A stretch of 64,000 bases of DNA. Source: an uncultured Nitrososphaerota archaeon (GTDB taxonomy: Archaea > Thermoproteota > Nitrososphaeria > Nitrososphaerales > CADDZS01). Below are positions 20,073-29,392 of this stretch, one piece after another (the stretch's first letter is position 1; the number at the start of each line of letters is the position of its first letter). The position numbers and the translations under genes were made by a program. The notes beneath the pieces are model-generated. The model was not told where the DNA came from. It saw only the letters and a program-made list of their open reading frames with translations, and made no database searches. Location: positions 544,001-608,000 of the forward strand of contig CAWCYI010000006.1 in the NCBI GenBank assembly GCA_963799845.1, given 5' to 3'.

Positions 20073-20428
20073 AGCAACGATAGGTTCCGAAATGAGCGGT
20101 AATCCGACGATTCGCGTCATGCAGCATTTCACTGCGATTTCATTAGCACATGATTTGACGGCGAAAGAGTTCGAGACGGTGTAGAAAGATGGTCCAGATT
20201 GTAAAAGAAAAAGCAGAAGGCAATTCGAAACTAAAACCAAAAAACTTCCTGAGTTAGCCTTTGAGAGCGGTGAGAAGGGGCACGAAAACGAGGGCGGACA
20301 TGAAATGCCTAGAGAAGGAAAGCCCTTTCGACAACAGGGCATATTGATTATCCTGTTCACAAAATCACTTCAATTTGAACTTCTGACCTTTATAGAAAGA
20401 AGTACTTCTACTAAATGTTGAGAAATTT

Positions 20429-20710
20429 ATGACAACCTTGGTTACAGACAATGAAGTAGAGCCGGAAAGAAGTTCCGGCGATTCGGCGGGTCAATCAGAG
20501 GACTCTGAACCTAAGGTCGGTCTGAAGCAGCACCTCTCAAACTACAGTAATCAGGTTCAAGATTACCTAGACAAGGTTGACGCGAAAATTGACGGATTCA
20601 AGTTCACGTTAGAGAAACACGGCGAAGGACTCACGGTAGATCTTTCATTCAGGGCAACATTACACCCAAAAAATGCAAAGACCGCTGAGAAAACTGAGAA
20701 AGAAGTCTGA
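20429..20710 (+). CDS. Hypothetical small protein B2 (amphipathic helix + beta-hairpin)
   Basis: Paralog of 15587..15838; preceded by TTGAAC-N7-CTTTATA. Confidence 0.8.
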   Translation: MTTLVTDNEVEPERSSGDSAGQSEDSEPKVGLKQHLSNYSNQVQDYLDKVDAKIDGFKFTLEKHGEGLTVDLSFRATLHPKNAKTAEKTEKEV

Positions 20711-20943
20711 GTCCGACTCTAGCACAACAAAGAAACTTGCCCGGCGCAGTCCGTTACTAAGCCACGTCCACTCAATCAAATAGGAGAATCTATTCACGTA
20801 CAAATTCCTGTTTCGAAAACATTGGACGTCAGTGAAAAATATTGGCCTTTTGAGTAGATCTCTCGATCTCGTTCAAGCATTCGAGAAAGAGACTACTTTC
20901 CTATCCGTCAAGTAATCTCGAACTCAGATGCGCCGTGAGTCTG

Positions 20944-21273
20944 TCAGACGATGAAGCCAATGATTATGCCTATTACAAGGCCGATACTAAGAGGTATGAT
21001 CCCAAGGAAGATGGCCACGTAGGTCGCCGCAACCGGTCCATAAGTGGTTATTAGATTTTTTACTCCTGATTCGAGGCTGGCGAGGCTGACAAAGCCGAAG
21101 TAAGACGCCACGAGTGCGACGACGATCAGTATTATCGCGATCATTAGTGCTTTCCTGATAAAGTACCCTATGATTATTCCAATGATTAGAGGGATTGCCA
21201 TCACAACAAGTGAAGGAATTCCCCCGCCAAAGGTTCCACCTATTAAGTGAAAAATGTCATTGATTAGTGTCAA
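20944..21273 (-). CDS. Small hydrophobic membrane protein, FUN14-like
   Basis: GIIIGYFIRKAL.IAII..., 3 hydrophobic segments and a C-terminal GLVIGIIIG; the family call is from recall. Confidence 0.7.
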   Translation of the reverse strand: MTLINDIFHLIGGTFGGGIPSLVVMAIPLIIGIIIGYFIRKALMIAIILIVVALVASYFGFVSLASLESGVKNLITTYGPVAATYVAIFLGIIPLSIGLVIGIIIGFIV

Positions 21274-21416
21274 AGCTATCTACTTCCACTCGATTCCCGT
21301 TGATTGCTAGTCTGCCTTCTCATCGTATAACGTTTTCTCGCGGGTCTAATCAGTGATTTCCCTAGTTGGGTTTTTGTTAATTGTTTCCTTACCATGTTAC
21401 ATTCACTCTTCAAGGA

Positions 21417-21539
21417 TCAAAGGTGCAGGCCAGCGAAGCCGAAGTACGCAAGAACGATGATTACAACGACGGCAATTATTATGACTTCGAGAGACCCCAT
21501 CCCAGACTTGCTATTATTTTTCTTCAATAAGAATCTCAT
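21417..21539 (-). CDS. 40-aa pilin-like/class III signal-like membrane micropeptide 2 (not in ORF track)
   Basis: MRFLLKKNNSKSGMGSLEVIIIAVVVIIVLAYFGFAGLHL; Gly-1 and Glu+5 arrangement. Confidence 0.8.
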   Translation of the reverse strand: MRFLLKKNNSKSGMGSLEVIIIAVVVIIVLAYFGFAGLHL

Positions 21540-22057
21540 TTGAGATCAGAATCTAACATTGTAACGGAGAGCTCAGTTGCTATGAAAACAAGCCGTTCAA
21601 TTTTTGCTCAATTAGCGAAGAAATCTGAGGTCGAATCTTTCAAAGATGACCAAAACGATACATGGCCTTGTCTCAAGTGGATGAAGCAGTCTACAATTAT
21701 CGATCCAATTTGAAATTGCACGAATCTGTTGTTTCGAAATGATAGAATTGCAGGCCAGATTTTAGAATTGAATCCTATCCAGATTTCAGCCTAGGAAAAT
21801 TGCCGGAAAACAAATCTTAACATGAATCTCACAAGTTTAGGGCACTTTTGCTTTTCCGGAACTTTGAAGCACGAGTACCCAAGTTTGTTGTAGTATCAAG
21901 AAGGAATATGATCCATCCGAACTGCTCAAATGGTTTTTTCAGTCATTCAAAAGCGATGGACGAGTATTTTTCATCAAATGTCTGGTTTCAACTGAAATGT
22001 TACTTTTCATACTAGCTCGCTTTACTCACAAGGTAACTATTCAAGAGGAGATCATAA

Positions 22058-22285
22058 ATGAAATCATCACGAAAAGACGCAATAACTCAAATCTTCGAGA
22101 TGGAAATGCCAACTGAAGCGCGGACCAGTAAATTTGTCGAAACTGGATCTCTCGGATTACTTCTTTCAACTGATACTGTGTACCGCACATGCTTCAATTG
22201 TCAGGGTCATCCTAGCTATCCAGAGATACCTCCTTCGACGTTACACCGTGGTCAAGAATGTCTGATATGTGGAATCAGACAATAA
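22058..22285 (+). CDS. Small putative zinc-binding protein
   Basis: SD GAGGAG upstream; CFNC and CLIC pairs. Confidence 0.5.
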   Translation: MKSSRKDAITQIFEMEMPTEARTSKFVETGSLGLLLSTDTVYRTCFNCQGHPSYPEIPPSTLHRGQECLICGIRQ

Positions 22286-22659
22286 ATCTGACTCTCATTT
22301 TCGAACTAATGTGAACGAATAGGCAGTATGTTACGTTTCTAAATACGAAATCGTTATCGCTACAGTGGATGATGGTTTGTTGAATGGCCAACACACCCTG
22401 TTTTTTCATGCTATCGAACATCCTCCATGATCTCCTGACTGAGCATTTCGTCTACACGATAACTACCCGTAGACATATCAACTAGAATTACATGGTTGCG
22501 TCGGGGAAATTCTTTCCCAAATACCCGAATCAGTATTTCGATGGCATTCTTTTTTTCTGTATCCATTTTCACCTACCTTCCAACTATTTCGTCAACCCGT
22601 TTCAAATGCGCGGAATTTACGCGGACAATTCTCAACAGACTCATCGTCGTCTCCATAAT

Positions 22660-23497
22660 TTACGGAATAATTGGCGAAACGGCTTGTTCCTCTTGTTCTT
22701 GCTTGTCTTTCGGGGGAGCAATTAACGGCGCTACATTTGGTTGGAGCGATCCGGCACCTGCGGTTGGCATATTGGTAGGGACCAACATCAAAGTTCCGCG
22801 GCCCTGCAGGCCTCAGCTCGTATAAGATATTCATCCATCGGAGCTCCATAGCTCTTGGATTCGCAGAATACAAGTTTGCAGCGTCGACCATCTTTTGCGC
22901 TGCCTGAAATTCCGCCTCAGCTAAAGTAATCCTCGCTCTTCGCTCTCTTTCTGCTTGAGCCTGTCTTGACATCGCTTCTTGAAGGGCCGCAGGAGTGGTA
23001 ATGTCCCTGATTTCGACAGCAGTAACCTTAACCCCCCAGTTTTCCGTTTTCAAGTCAATAATCTCTCGAGCTGATGCGCCTATCTTTTCCCTTTCATAGA
23101 GCAGATTATTGAAGCTAACCCCACCGATTGTCTCTCGAAGTGTGGTTTGGGCTGCAAGTTGAGTTGCCATACTGTAATTTTCCACATTCAGCGTTGCCTT
23201 CTCGACATCAACAGGCTGGTAGTACATCACGGCATCTACGTTTACCGGAACGTTGTCACGGGTAAATGTTTGCTCGGTCTTGAAAGTCAACACCTGCAAC
23301 CGGGTTGAAATGATGTAGGGAACCTTGCTAATGAATGGTGGAACGTAGATTATCCCAGGGCCTTTCAGACCCCTATAGCGGCCCAGAGTTAATAGCGGTG
23401 CTCTTTCCCACTCACGGAGAATCTTGATGCCTGAAAGAAAAATGCCCAAAACCAAGATGGCGATGACCCCCACTAATGCAAGACTGATAATGCTCAA
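22660..23497 (-). CDS. SPFH/stomatin (slipin) family protein (frameshift near 22814)
   Basis: Motifs TRDNVPVNVDAV, WGVKVTAVEIRD and AMSRQAQAERERRA. Removing one base restores the C-terminus GLQGRGTLMLVP...SPIIP. Confidence 0.9.
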
Positions 23498-23690
23498 GAT
23501 GGATCTATTGCTATCGTTACTAGCCTGGCGTTTTAGGTCAATATCAATATGAAAGCGAATCGTTCAATTTGTTAGGCAATATTGGAGAAAGCCTTCACAT
23601 GGCATGACGCATTGACCAGAATGACCTCATTTGCACAATAATTTGCCTTATTTGCTCACAAATTACTCGTTGAAGCATGATTGAGGCAAA

Positions 23691-23711
23691 GTTCCAATGT
23701 CACTTTGGAAC
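23691..23711. promoter_or_regulatory. Perfect inverted repeat GTTCCAA-N7-TTGGAAC between divergent SPFH and Lrp genes
   Basis: Seen directly; candidate operator. Confidence 0.5.
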
Positions 23712-23783
23712 ACTATGAGAGACATGACAGTAATAAGATAGAATTAGAAAAGCACATATCTAATAAAACCCTTTCTGCAATCC

Positions 23784-24266
23784 ATGCCACTTTCTCAGCT
23801 CTCGGACCTTGATAGGCAAATTTTGAGACTCCTTGTAGAATCCGAGGGAAATATTCCGACTCACGAGATCTCGCAAGAGCTACGCATTCCACTGAGTACT
23901 GTACAAAGAAGACGAAAGAGACTTGAAGAAAACTATCTGATTCGGTATTATTCGCTTAATCTCCAAATGTTTGGATGGAGACGGATCGATCTCCTCATCG
24001 CCACAGAAGGCGGCGCTACCATTACTGTCGGAAAGGAACTATTAAAGCGAGATGAGGTAATTTTCGCGGCGAGAACAATTGGAGAGCATACAATAGACCT
24101 AAGAGTCGAGACACTCGTAAAAGACAACGGGGAATTACTCGATCTCTTAGAAGAAGTGAAGGCGATGAATGGAGTAAAAGACGTTGTTTGGACGGAGATA
24201 GTGGAGACGATAGGCCGAAAGAATCCGCCAAATGATTTTTCACGCTATTGGAAGAATCCGGAATAG
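23784..24266 (+). CDS. Lrp/AsnC family transcriptional regulator 3
   Basis: Close paralog of 13045..13527. Confidence 0.9.
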   Translation: MPLSQLSDLDRQILRLLVESEGNIPTHEISQELRIPLSTVQRRRKRLEENYLIRYYSLNLQMFGWRRIDLLIATEGGATITVGKELLKRDEVIFAARTIGEHTIDLRVETLVKDNGELLDLLEEVKAMNGVKDVVWTEIVETIGRKNPPNDFSRYWKNPE

Positions 24267-24324
24267 TAGCTTCCTAAGTTTCGAATCGATCAAAATTCAG
24301 CTTAAAGAGCAGGGTTTATTCTTC

Positions 24325-24543
24325 GTGTCAACAATTACCCAGAAGAAAATTTCCAACTGTCACTTCTTTCGAATTTCCTACTCAAATGGAAAGGAAAGAT
24401 GGGTTGCCTTCGACCCGCTCAAGGGACCGAAGTTGGCTGTTTCAGAGATGAAAAGGCTTGTACAAAAATCAGATTCCGAAGCAGGAACAAAACAACCAGG
24501 CGTTGTTTGGTATATGGGGAAATTAGCTTTGTGGAAGGTGTAA
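24325..24543 (+). CDS. Hypothetical small protein
   Basis: GTG-started 72-aa part of ORF 24232..24543; no recognisable family. Confidence 0.35.
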   Translation: MSTITQKKISNCHFFRISYSNGKERWVAFDPLKGPKLAVSEMKRLVQKSDSEAGTKQPGVVWYMGKLALWKV

Positions 24544-24698
24544 TTGCTCTCAAACAGTCTTGGTCATTGTAAAGGCGAATCCGAATTAAACCTAAGACTC
24601 CTCTAGATTTACTGATTCCAACACAGATAGTACTCAGCTAAAATTAGGTCAGAAAATGATCTTAAACTGGTAACAGGCAGTGCTAGTTCAACATAGGT

Positions 24699-24724
24699 GT
24701 ATATAGTACGTAATGCCTATTACA
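24699..24724 (+). promoter_or_regulatory. Duplicate of the fasciclin-1 promoter block
   Basis: 26-bp identity with 11082..11107 (reverse complement), continuing into GTGAAAATT..ATGACAA. Confidence 0.75.
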
Positions 24725-24867
24725 ACTAGTGAAAATTGCATGACAAAACAGCAACGGAATAAGCCTTCAGCAAGGCAGAATAATTTTGATAACTTTCCTA
24801 GTCGCAAACCGATTACCTATCGTGTAAAGCAGGTAGTTTGAATGATTTAGATGGATTGTGAAAGTGC

Positions 24868-25305
24868 ATGAATCTATTTCATAGGTCTAGACAGGAGACT
24901 GCAAAAGTACAGACAAGTAATGCTGTCCAGATGGGCATCTCGCCTTTGAAGAATCTCGTCATAAGCGATCCAAAGATGTTCGCTGCATTGCAGAATTTTC
25001 TGATCGTTGATCCGGAAAGACAAATACCGCTGCTCGACAGTGTCAGCACACTCCTAGCGAAGGGGGACGCAGCCAAAGCACAAGGAAACAGAATGACTGC
25101 TCGCGCAGATTACGAGATTGCCGCAAAGATTGAGATCTACAGACAAAACAAGGACAGCGCAAGGACATTTCTGGTATTAGCTGAAGGAGTCTCTGACAAA
25201 GGACAGCCTCACCACGAATATCAAGAAACAATGCTAGCTAATATGGACAAAGTCATGCGGATTTCGAATGAGTTCCAAGATTTTGTGCCCCATCAATTAA
25301 AGTGA
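24868..25305 (+). CDS. Hypothetical helical protein
   Basis: 145-aa ORF with a TPR-like Ala-rich helix pair. Confidence 0.65.
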   Translation: MNLFHRSRQETAKVQTSNAVQMGISPLKNLVISDPKMFAALQNFLIVDPERQIPLLDSVSTLLAKGDAAKAQGNRMTARADYEIAAKIEIYRQNKDSARTFLVLAEGVSDKGQPHHEYQETMLANMDKVMRISNEFQDFVPHQLK

Positions 25306-25559
25306 AAAAGCACTGACGGAATCAGCACTCGACAACATGCCCGATCCAAAGAAGAGTCGGGAACAAAAGGAAACGAAACGCGAAGAAATGAATGAAGAGG
25401 TTCACGATATTGAGGACACTGAGGAAGAGAAATTGTATGAAGAAGACTGGAACTCGGATGAGTCTGATTGAAAATAGTCCGGTCTACCCACTTGTTACGA
25501 GATCTTTGCACCTTTGACGCATAGAAACTATATTCAGTAGGGTGCAGAGATTTCATGAG

Positions 25560-26549
25560 ATGGCAGCCGAAGTAGAAGGCAAGTCAGGTCTAATAGACAG
25601 GGTAGTAATTCGCTATCTTCGTCGCAACGAAATCGAAAAAGCTGAAACACTCGGGCGTCTGGCGTTTGGGACTTTCCTTCGCATTCCCGACCCTCTTCAG
25701 AATCCCGAAAGCAAGAAGATGATTTCTCATCGGTTTTATGAGGATCCAAAAAACATCCTGGCCGCGGAACTGGACGGCGAACTCGTCGGAACAAATATCC
25801 TCACAGAGTGGGGAAGCTTTGCCTTCTTTGGTCCTCTGGCGGTGAGACCCGATCTCTGGGATTCGGGAGTTGGCTCGGAACTTGTCGAATCGGCACTCGA
25901 AGTATTTGCAGAACATGGAATAAGCCACATGGGATTATTCACATTCGCGGATAGTCCGAAACATCTCGGTCTCTATCATAAGTTCGGTTTCTGCGCGAGA
26001 TTCTTGACTCCATTAATGGAAAAGGAAATCGAAGACGCTTCCCATCAAGAAACTGTCGGCAAAAAGTTCGAGGTGTTTTCAGATTATGACGGAGCGAAAA
26101 AAGAAGAAGCCTTGCGATCTATGATAGAGCTCACAAACGAACTCTATCACGGCCTAGATCTTTCTGATGAGATCCGAATGGTTGACTCGCAGAAACTGGG
26201 CGATACCCTGCTCTTGTTCGAGAATTTTTCCCTTTCGGCTTTTGCGGTGTGTCAGAGTGGTCCGAACACGGAAGCTGGGAGAGGTAGACTTTACATCAAG
26301 TTTGGAGCGGCGAAAACCGCTCATGAGGCAGACCGAAAATTCGACGAATTGCTCTCCGCTTGTGAAGCGTTTGCCGTTCAGAAAGGTTTGAACGTCGTCG
26401 AGGCCGGGATGAATCTGTCCCACGAAAGGGCCTATGATATCATGCTAAAAAATGGATTCCGAACTTCATTCGTCGGCGTTGCAATGCAAAAACCTAACGA
26501 GCCTGCCTTCCTCCGAAAAGAGACTTTTGTAATAGAAGATTGGCGTTAG
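25560..26549 (+). CDS. Tandem GNAT family acetyltransferase
   Basis: GPLAVRPDLWDSGVG and LYHKFGF, followed by a second GNAT-like domain. Confidence 0.85.
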   Translation: MAAEVEGKSGLIDRVVIRYLRRNEIEKAETLGRLAFGTFLRIPDPLQNPESKKMISHRFYEDPKNILAAELDGELVGTNILTEWGSFAFFGPLAVRPDLWDSGVGSELVESALEVFAEHGISHMGLFTFADSPKHLGLYHKFGFCARFLTPLMEKEIEDASHQETVGKKFEVFSDYDGAKKEEALRSMIELTNELYHGLDLSDEIRMVDSQKLGDTLLLFENFSLSAFAVCQSGPNTEAGRGRLYIKFGAAKTAHEADRKFDELLSACEAFAVQKGLNVVEAGMNLSHERAYDIMLKNGFRTSFVGVAMQKPNEPAFLRKETFVIEDWR

Positions 26550-26570
26550 CCTGGGAAATTCTCTGCGGAC

Positions 26571-27186
26571 CTAAAGGGCCGTCAGATACGCCCCGAAGGC
26601 GATTCCCCAGATGGTGTAAGGGTAGATCACGAGGCGCTCCATACCACCGAATCCTAAAAGAGAGTCTGTCTCCCAGAAGGGGGATTGCGAAAAGTGATAT
26701 TACGCCGAGCAAGACCGAGAAATATCTGAAAGGAGATTTCGTGAATCTGTACGCATAGATCGCCGAGATAGCCCCGAAAACAAATACGATAAACGCCCCA
26801 AGGGTATGTATGGCAAGAATCGAGTTTTCCGGGAAAATCGACGCGATGATGGTTCCGACAGGCGGAAGAAAGTAAAGCAGCTTAATCGGTTTGCTTTCGA
26901 GGAATTCGGACAGGGAGCTTCTGAAAACAAGTAATACCACTGCGACCAGAGCGAGTACGCCGGAAGCGAAAAGCTGCCCGTCCCAGAGCAACGTCGTGGA
27001 ATGTCCCAGCGCGCCAAGATCGCTTAGGGCATTCGTTCTGACGCTATAGTTAGGATAAACCGATTCAGCAACAGTGTTCAAGATCGTGAAAATAATTCCG
27101 CTTGAAATCAAAAGAGCTCCGGCACGTCGCGAGTCCCTTATTCTTATTAATCTCAGATCAGCCCTTGATTTCTCGGATTGACTCAT
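26571..27186 (-). CDS. DUF998 family membrane protein (frameshift near 26665)
   Basis: Motifs YPNYSVRTNALSDLG and FPE..H; the restored C-terminus is LGFGGMERLVIYP. Confidence 0.8.
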
Positions 27187-27484
27187 CTAGGCCATTGAAA
27201 TATAATCACTCAGACTATTTCAGATTTGTCAAGAAATTCGTGGTTTGTGAGCTACAGGTCATTGAGGTAGTCGCGCGGATAGAACGTGAGGTATTATGAT
27301 AGATCGTGGTGCCAGTCTGTCAGCAAAAGTCCAGGAGTTGTCAATGCATACTCACGACCGAAGCAGTCTTCGAAAGGCTGAGCAAAGATGATTTTGGTCG
27401 CTTGTGATGAGGAAAAAGCTTCACTAAGCAAGAATTTCGTGCTGATCTCTTAGAAGGACAGAAAAATGAAGATTCGAGTTGCTC

Positions 27485-27781
27485 TCAAGATGCCTGAACT
27501 ACTCTTGTCCAGTTTACCCCAGCACAGTCAACCCTGAGGTGCCTGCCGACTCCCCCACAAGTGATGCACTTTGGAGAGTAGAGTTCAGCTTGAGATTCAA
27601 GCCGTCTTCCAATTGATCTAGTTTCCCGGTCAATAAATTCGTCTAGTTCCGTCTTGACGATCTTCGCACCCTCCAGCTTTTGCCACTCGAGAAGCAGTTT
27701 TCGCTTTCTTCTCTCCTTTTCCTCCTCTGTGATAGCAGATTGAGTGGAAAGCTTGGACTCTTTGGAATGCGACTCGGTCAT
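27485..27781 (-). CDS. Hypothetical protein with C-terminal zinc-knuckle-like motif
   Basis: CITCGGVGRHLRVDC after a charged helix. Confidence 0.55.
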   Translation of the reverse strand: MTESHSKESKLSTQSAITEEEKERRKRKLLLEWQKLEGAKIVKTELDEFIDRETRSIGRRLESQAELYSPKCITCGGVGRHLRVDCAGVNWTRVVQAS

Positions 27782-27881
27782 TCTGAAGCTAATCTAGAAC
27801 TGTAGTCAAAATCGAATATTTATCTTATGGAGTGTCTATTCGATCTAATCTTTAGGTGTGTTTCGTTTTAAGTGGAGTCAC

Positions 27882-29339
27882 TTACGCCTGAGACTCTTTC
27901 ACAGGGGCACCCTCGGAAATCACGACAGACTTTTTCCGGCTTGTCATGAGTGTAAACGCTAGAGCTACTATCAGCAATCCGGCGGAAATCTCGAACGCGA
28001 AACTCTCTCCCGAAAGGTAGGAATTTGCCAGAGAAGGCGAAAGCTTTCCCGACAAGTTTCCGATGAACAGCTGGTAGACGATACTTGCAGGGATGACCGA
28101 AGTTGCTGCCGTTAGCGAAAGCGCAAAGCTCAGAATCATTCCAGTGTTTCTGAAAGTGTTCATGATACCTGATCCAACGCCGTACTTTGCCGGAGGAGTC
28201 GCCGACATTATGGCGCTCGTGTTCGAGGGCCAGAAGAGGGCGAGCCCGATTCCCGAAATTGTTTCGATGATCGCAATTTCTAGCAGAGTTGTATTGGCTG
28301 TCAACCTGCTGAAAAGTACTAGGGCAATCGTCGTCAATGCGAGACCACTGGCCGATATCCTTCTTGAGCCGAATTTGTCGGAGAGGATCCCTCCAATTGG
28401 ACCAACCGTTGCCGACGCGACTGCAAATGGAATAATCAGATAAGATGCATGTAGCGCAGACAATCCGCTGATCCCCTCCAGATAGAAAATCAACAGGAAG
28501 TTTACGCTGAAGACCGAGAGGAATTGCAACAGTGCGGCGATTATCGAGAAAGTAAAATCCCTGTTTTTGAAAAACTCGAAATTCAGGATTGGATCTTTGC
28601 TGAATCGAGTTTCCCAAATTGCAAATAGAGCGAAAAACACGGGAGACAGTGCCAAGGCACCAATTGTGAACAAATCGCTCCATGAATATAGCAAACCCCA
28701 GGATATCCCGAGCAGCAGACTAAGCAGGCCAAGAGTGAACAAGACAGCGGCCGGAAGATCGAACGAACCACGCCTGCCCTGCGGTTTGCTCGCCCTCAAC
28801 GTTTTGTAAGCCCAAGCTGTTGCAAAAATTCCTATCGGGACATTGATCAGGAAAATTAATCGCCAGCTAGTGTAAGTTATTATTATACCGCCGAGTATTA
28901 TCCCTACAACGGATCCGATCCCCCAAACTATCGACATGAGACCGAAAGCTCTACCATTTTCGTTGCGCGGAAAAGCCTCGGAAAGAATAGCGAAGGAGTT
29001 TGCGATCAAAAGTGCGGCTCCCATACCCTGGATCACTCGAAACGCAACGAGGGAAAAGCCGTTGGGAGCGAGACCGCACAGAGCCGATCCGATCGTGAAG
29101 ACAACAAATCCGATGTTGTACATGAGTTTCCTACCATACATGTCCGAAAGTCTTCCGAAGCTCAGTACGAAAGCGGTGTTTACCAGGAGATAAGCCACGA
29201 TCACCCATATCATGGTTACAAAATCTGAATGGAGATCCTCCGCCATAGGGAATAGCGCGAGGAGGACAACGGTACTATCGACCGCAGACATCAGAGCTCC
29301 GATCGATGTGACGGATAGGGCCTTCCACTTGTATTCCAT
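27882..29339 (-). CDS. MFS transporter, DHA2/EmrB-QacA type
   Basis: 14-TM pattern; motifs FGRLSDMYGRK and WRLIFLINVPIG. Confidence 0.93.
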   Translation of the reverse strand: MEYKWKALSVTSIGALMSAVDSTVVLLALFPMAEDLHSDFVTMIWVIVAYLLVNTAFVLSFGRLSDMYGRKLMYNIGFVVFTIGSALCGLAPNGFSLVAFRVIQGMGAALLIANSFAILSEAFPRNENGRAFGLMSIVWGIGSVVGIILGGIIITYTSWRLIFLINVPIGIFATAWAYKTLRASKPQGRRGSFDLPAAVLFTLGLLSLLLGISWGLLYSWSDLFTIGALALSPVFFALFAIWETRFSKDPILNFEFFKNRDFTFSIIAALLQFLSVFSVNFLLIFYLEGISGLSALHASYLIIPFAVASATVGPIGGILSDKFGSRRISASGLALTTIALVLFSRLTANTTLLEIAIIETISGIGLALFWPSNTSAIMSATPPAKYGVGSGIMNTFRNTGMILSFALSLTAATSVIPASIVYQLFIGNLSGKLSPSLANSYLSGESFAFEISAGLLIVALAFTLMTSRKKSVVISEGAPVKESQA

Positions 29340-29392
29340 GCGCTGTCAGAGTCCCAGATTTTTTCTTCCCTTTGGAATTCTGTAATAGAGCC

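Larger units (their letters stand above)
6640..25500. other. Accessory region / putative stress-response island downstream of tRNA-Thr
   Basis: Begins at the tRNA 3' end, is visibly more AT-rich, has long intergenic gaps and many paralogous small genes. No integrase or attR repeat was found, and the right boundary is approximate. Confidence 0.6.

Noticed and set aside
6610-25560. Island as an integrated virus/ICE with att sites
   Set aside because: No integrase, no repeat of the tRNA 3' end and no viral or conjugation genes were found by eye.
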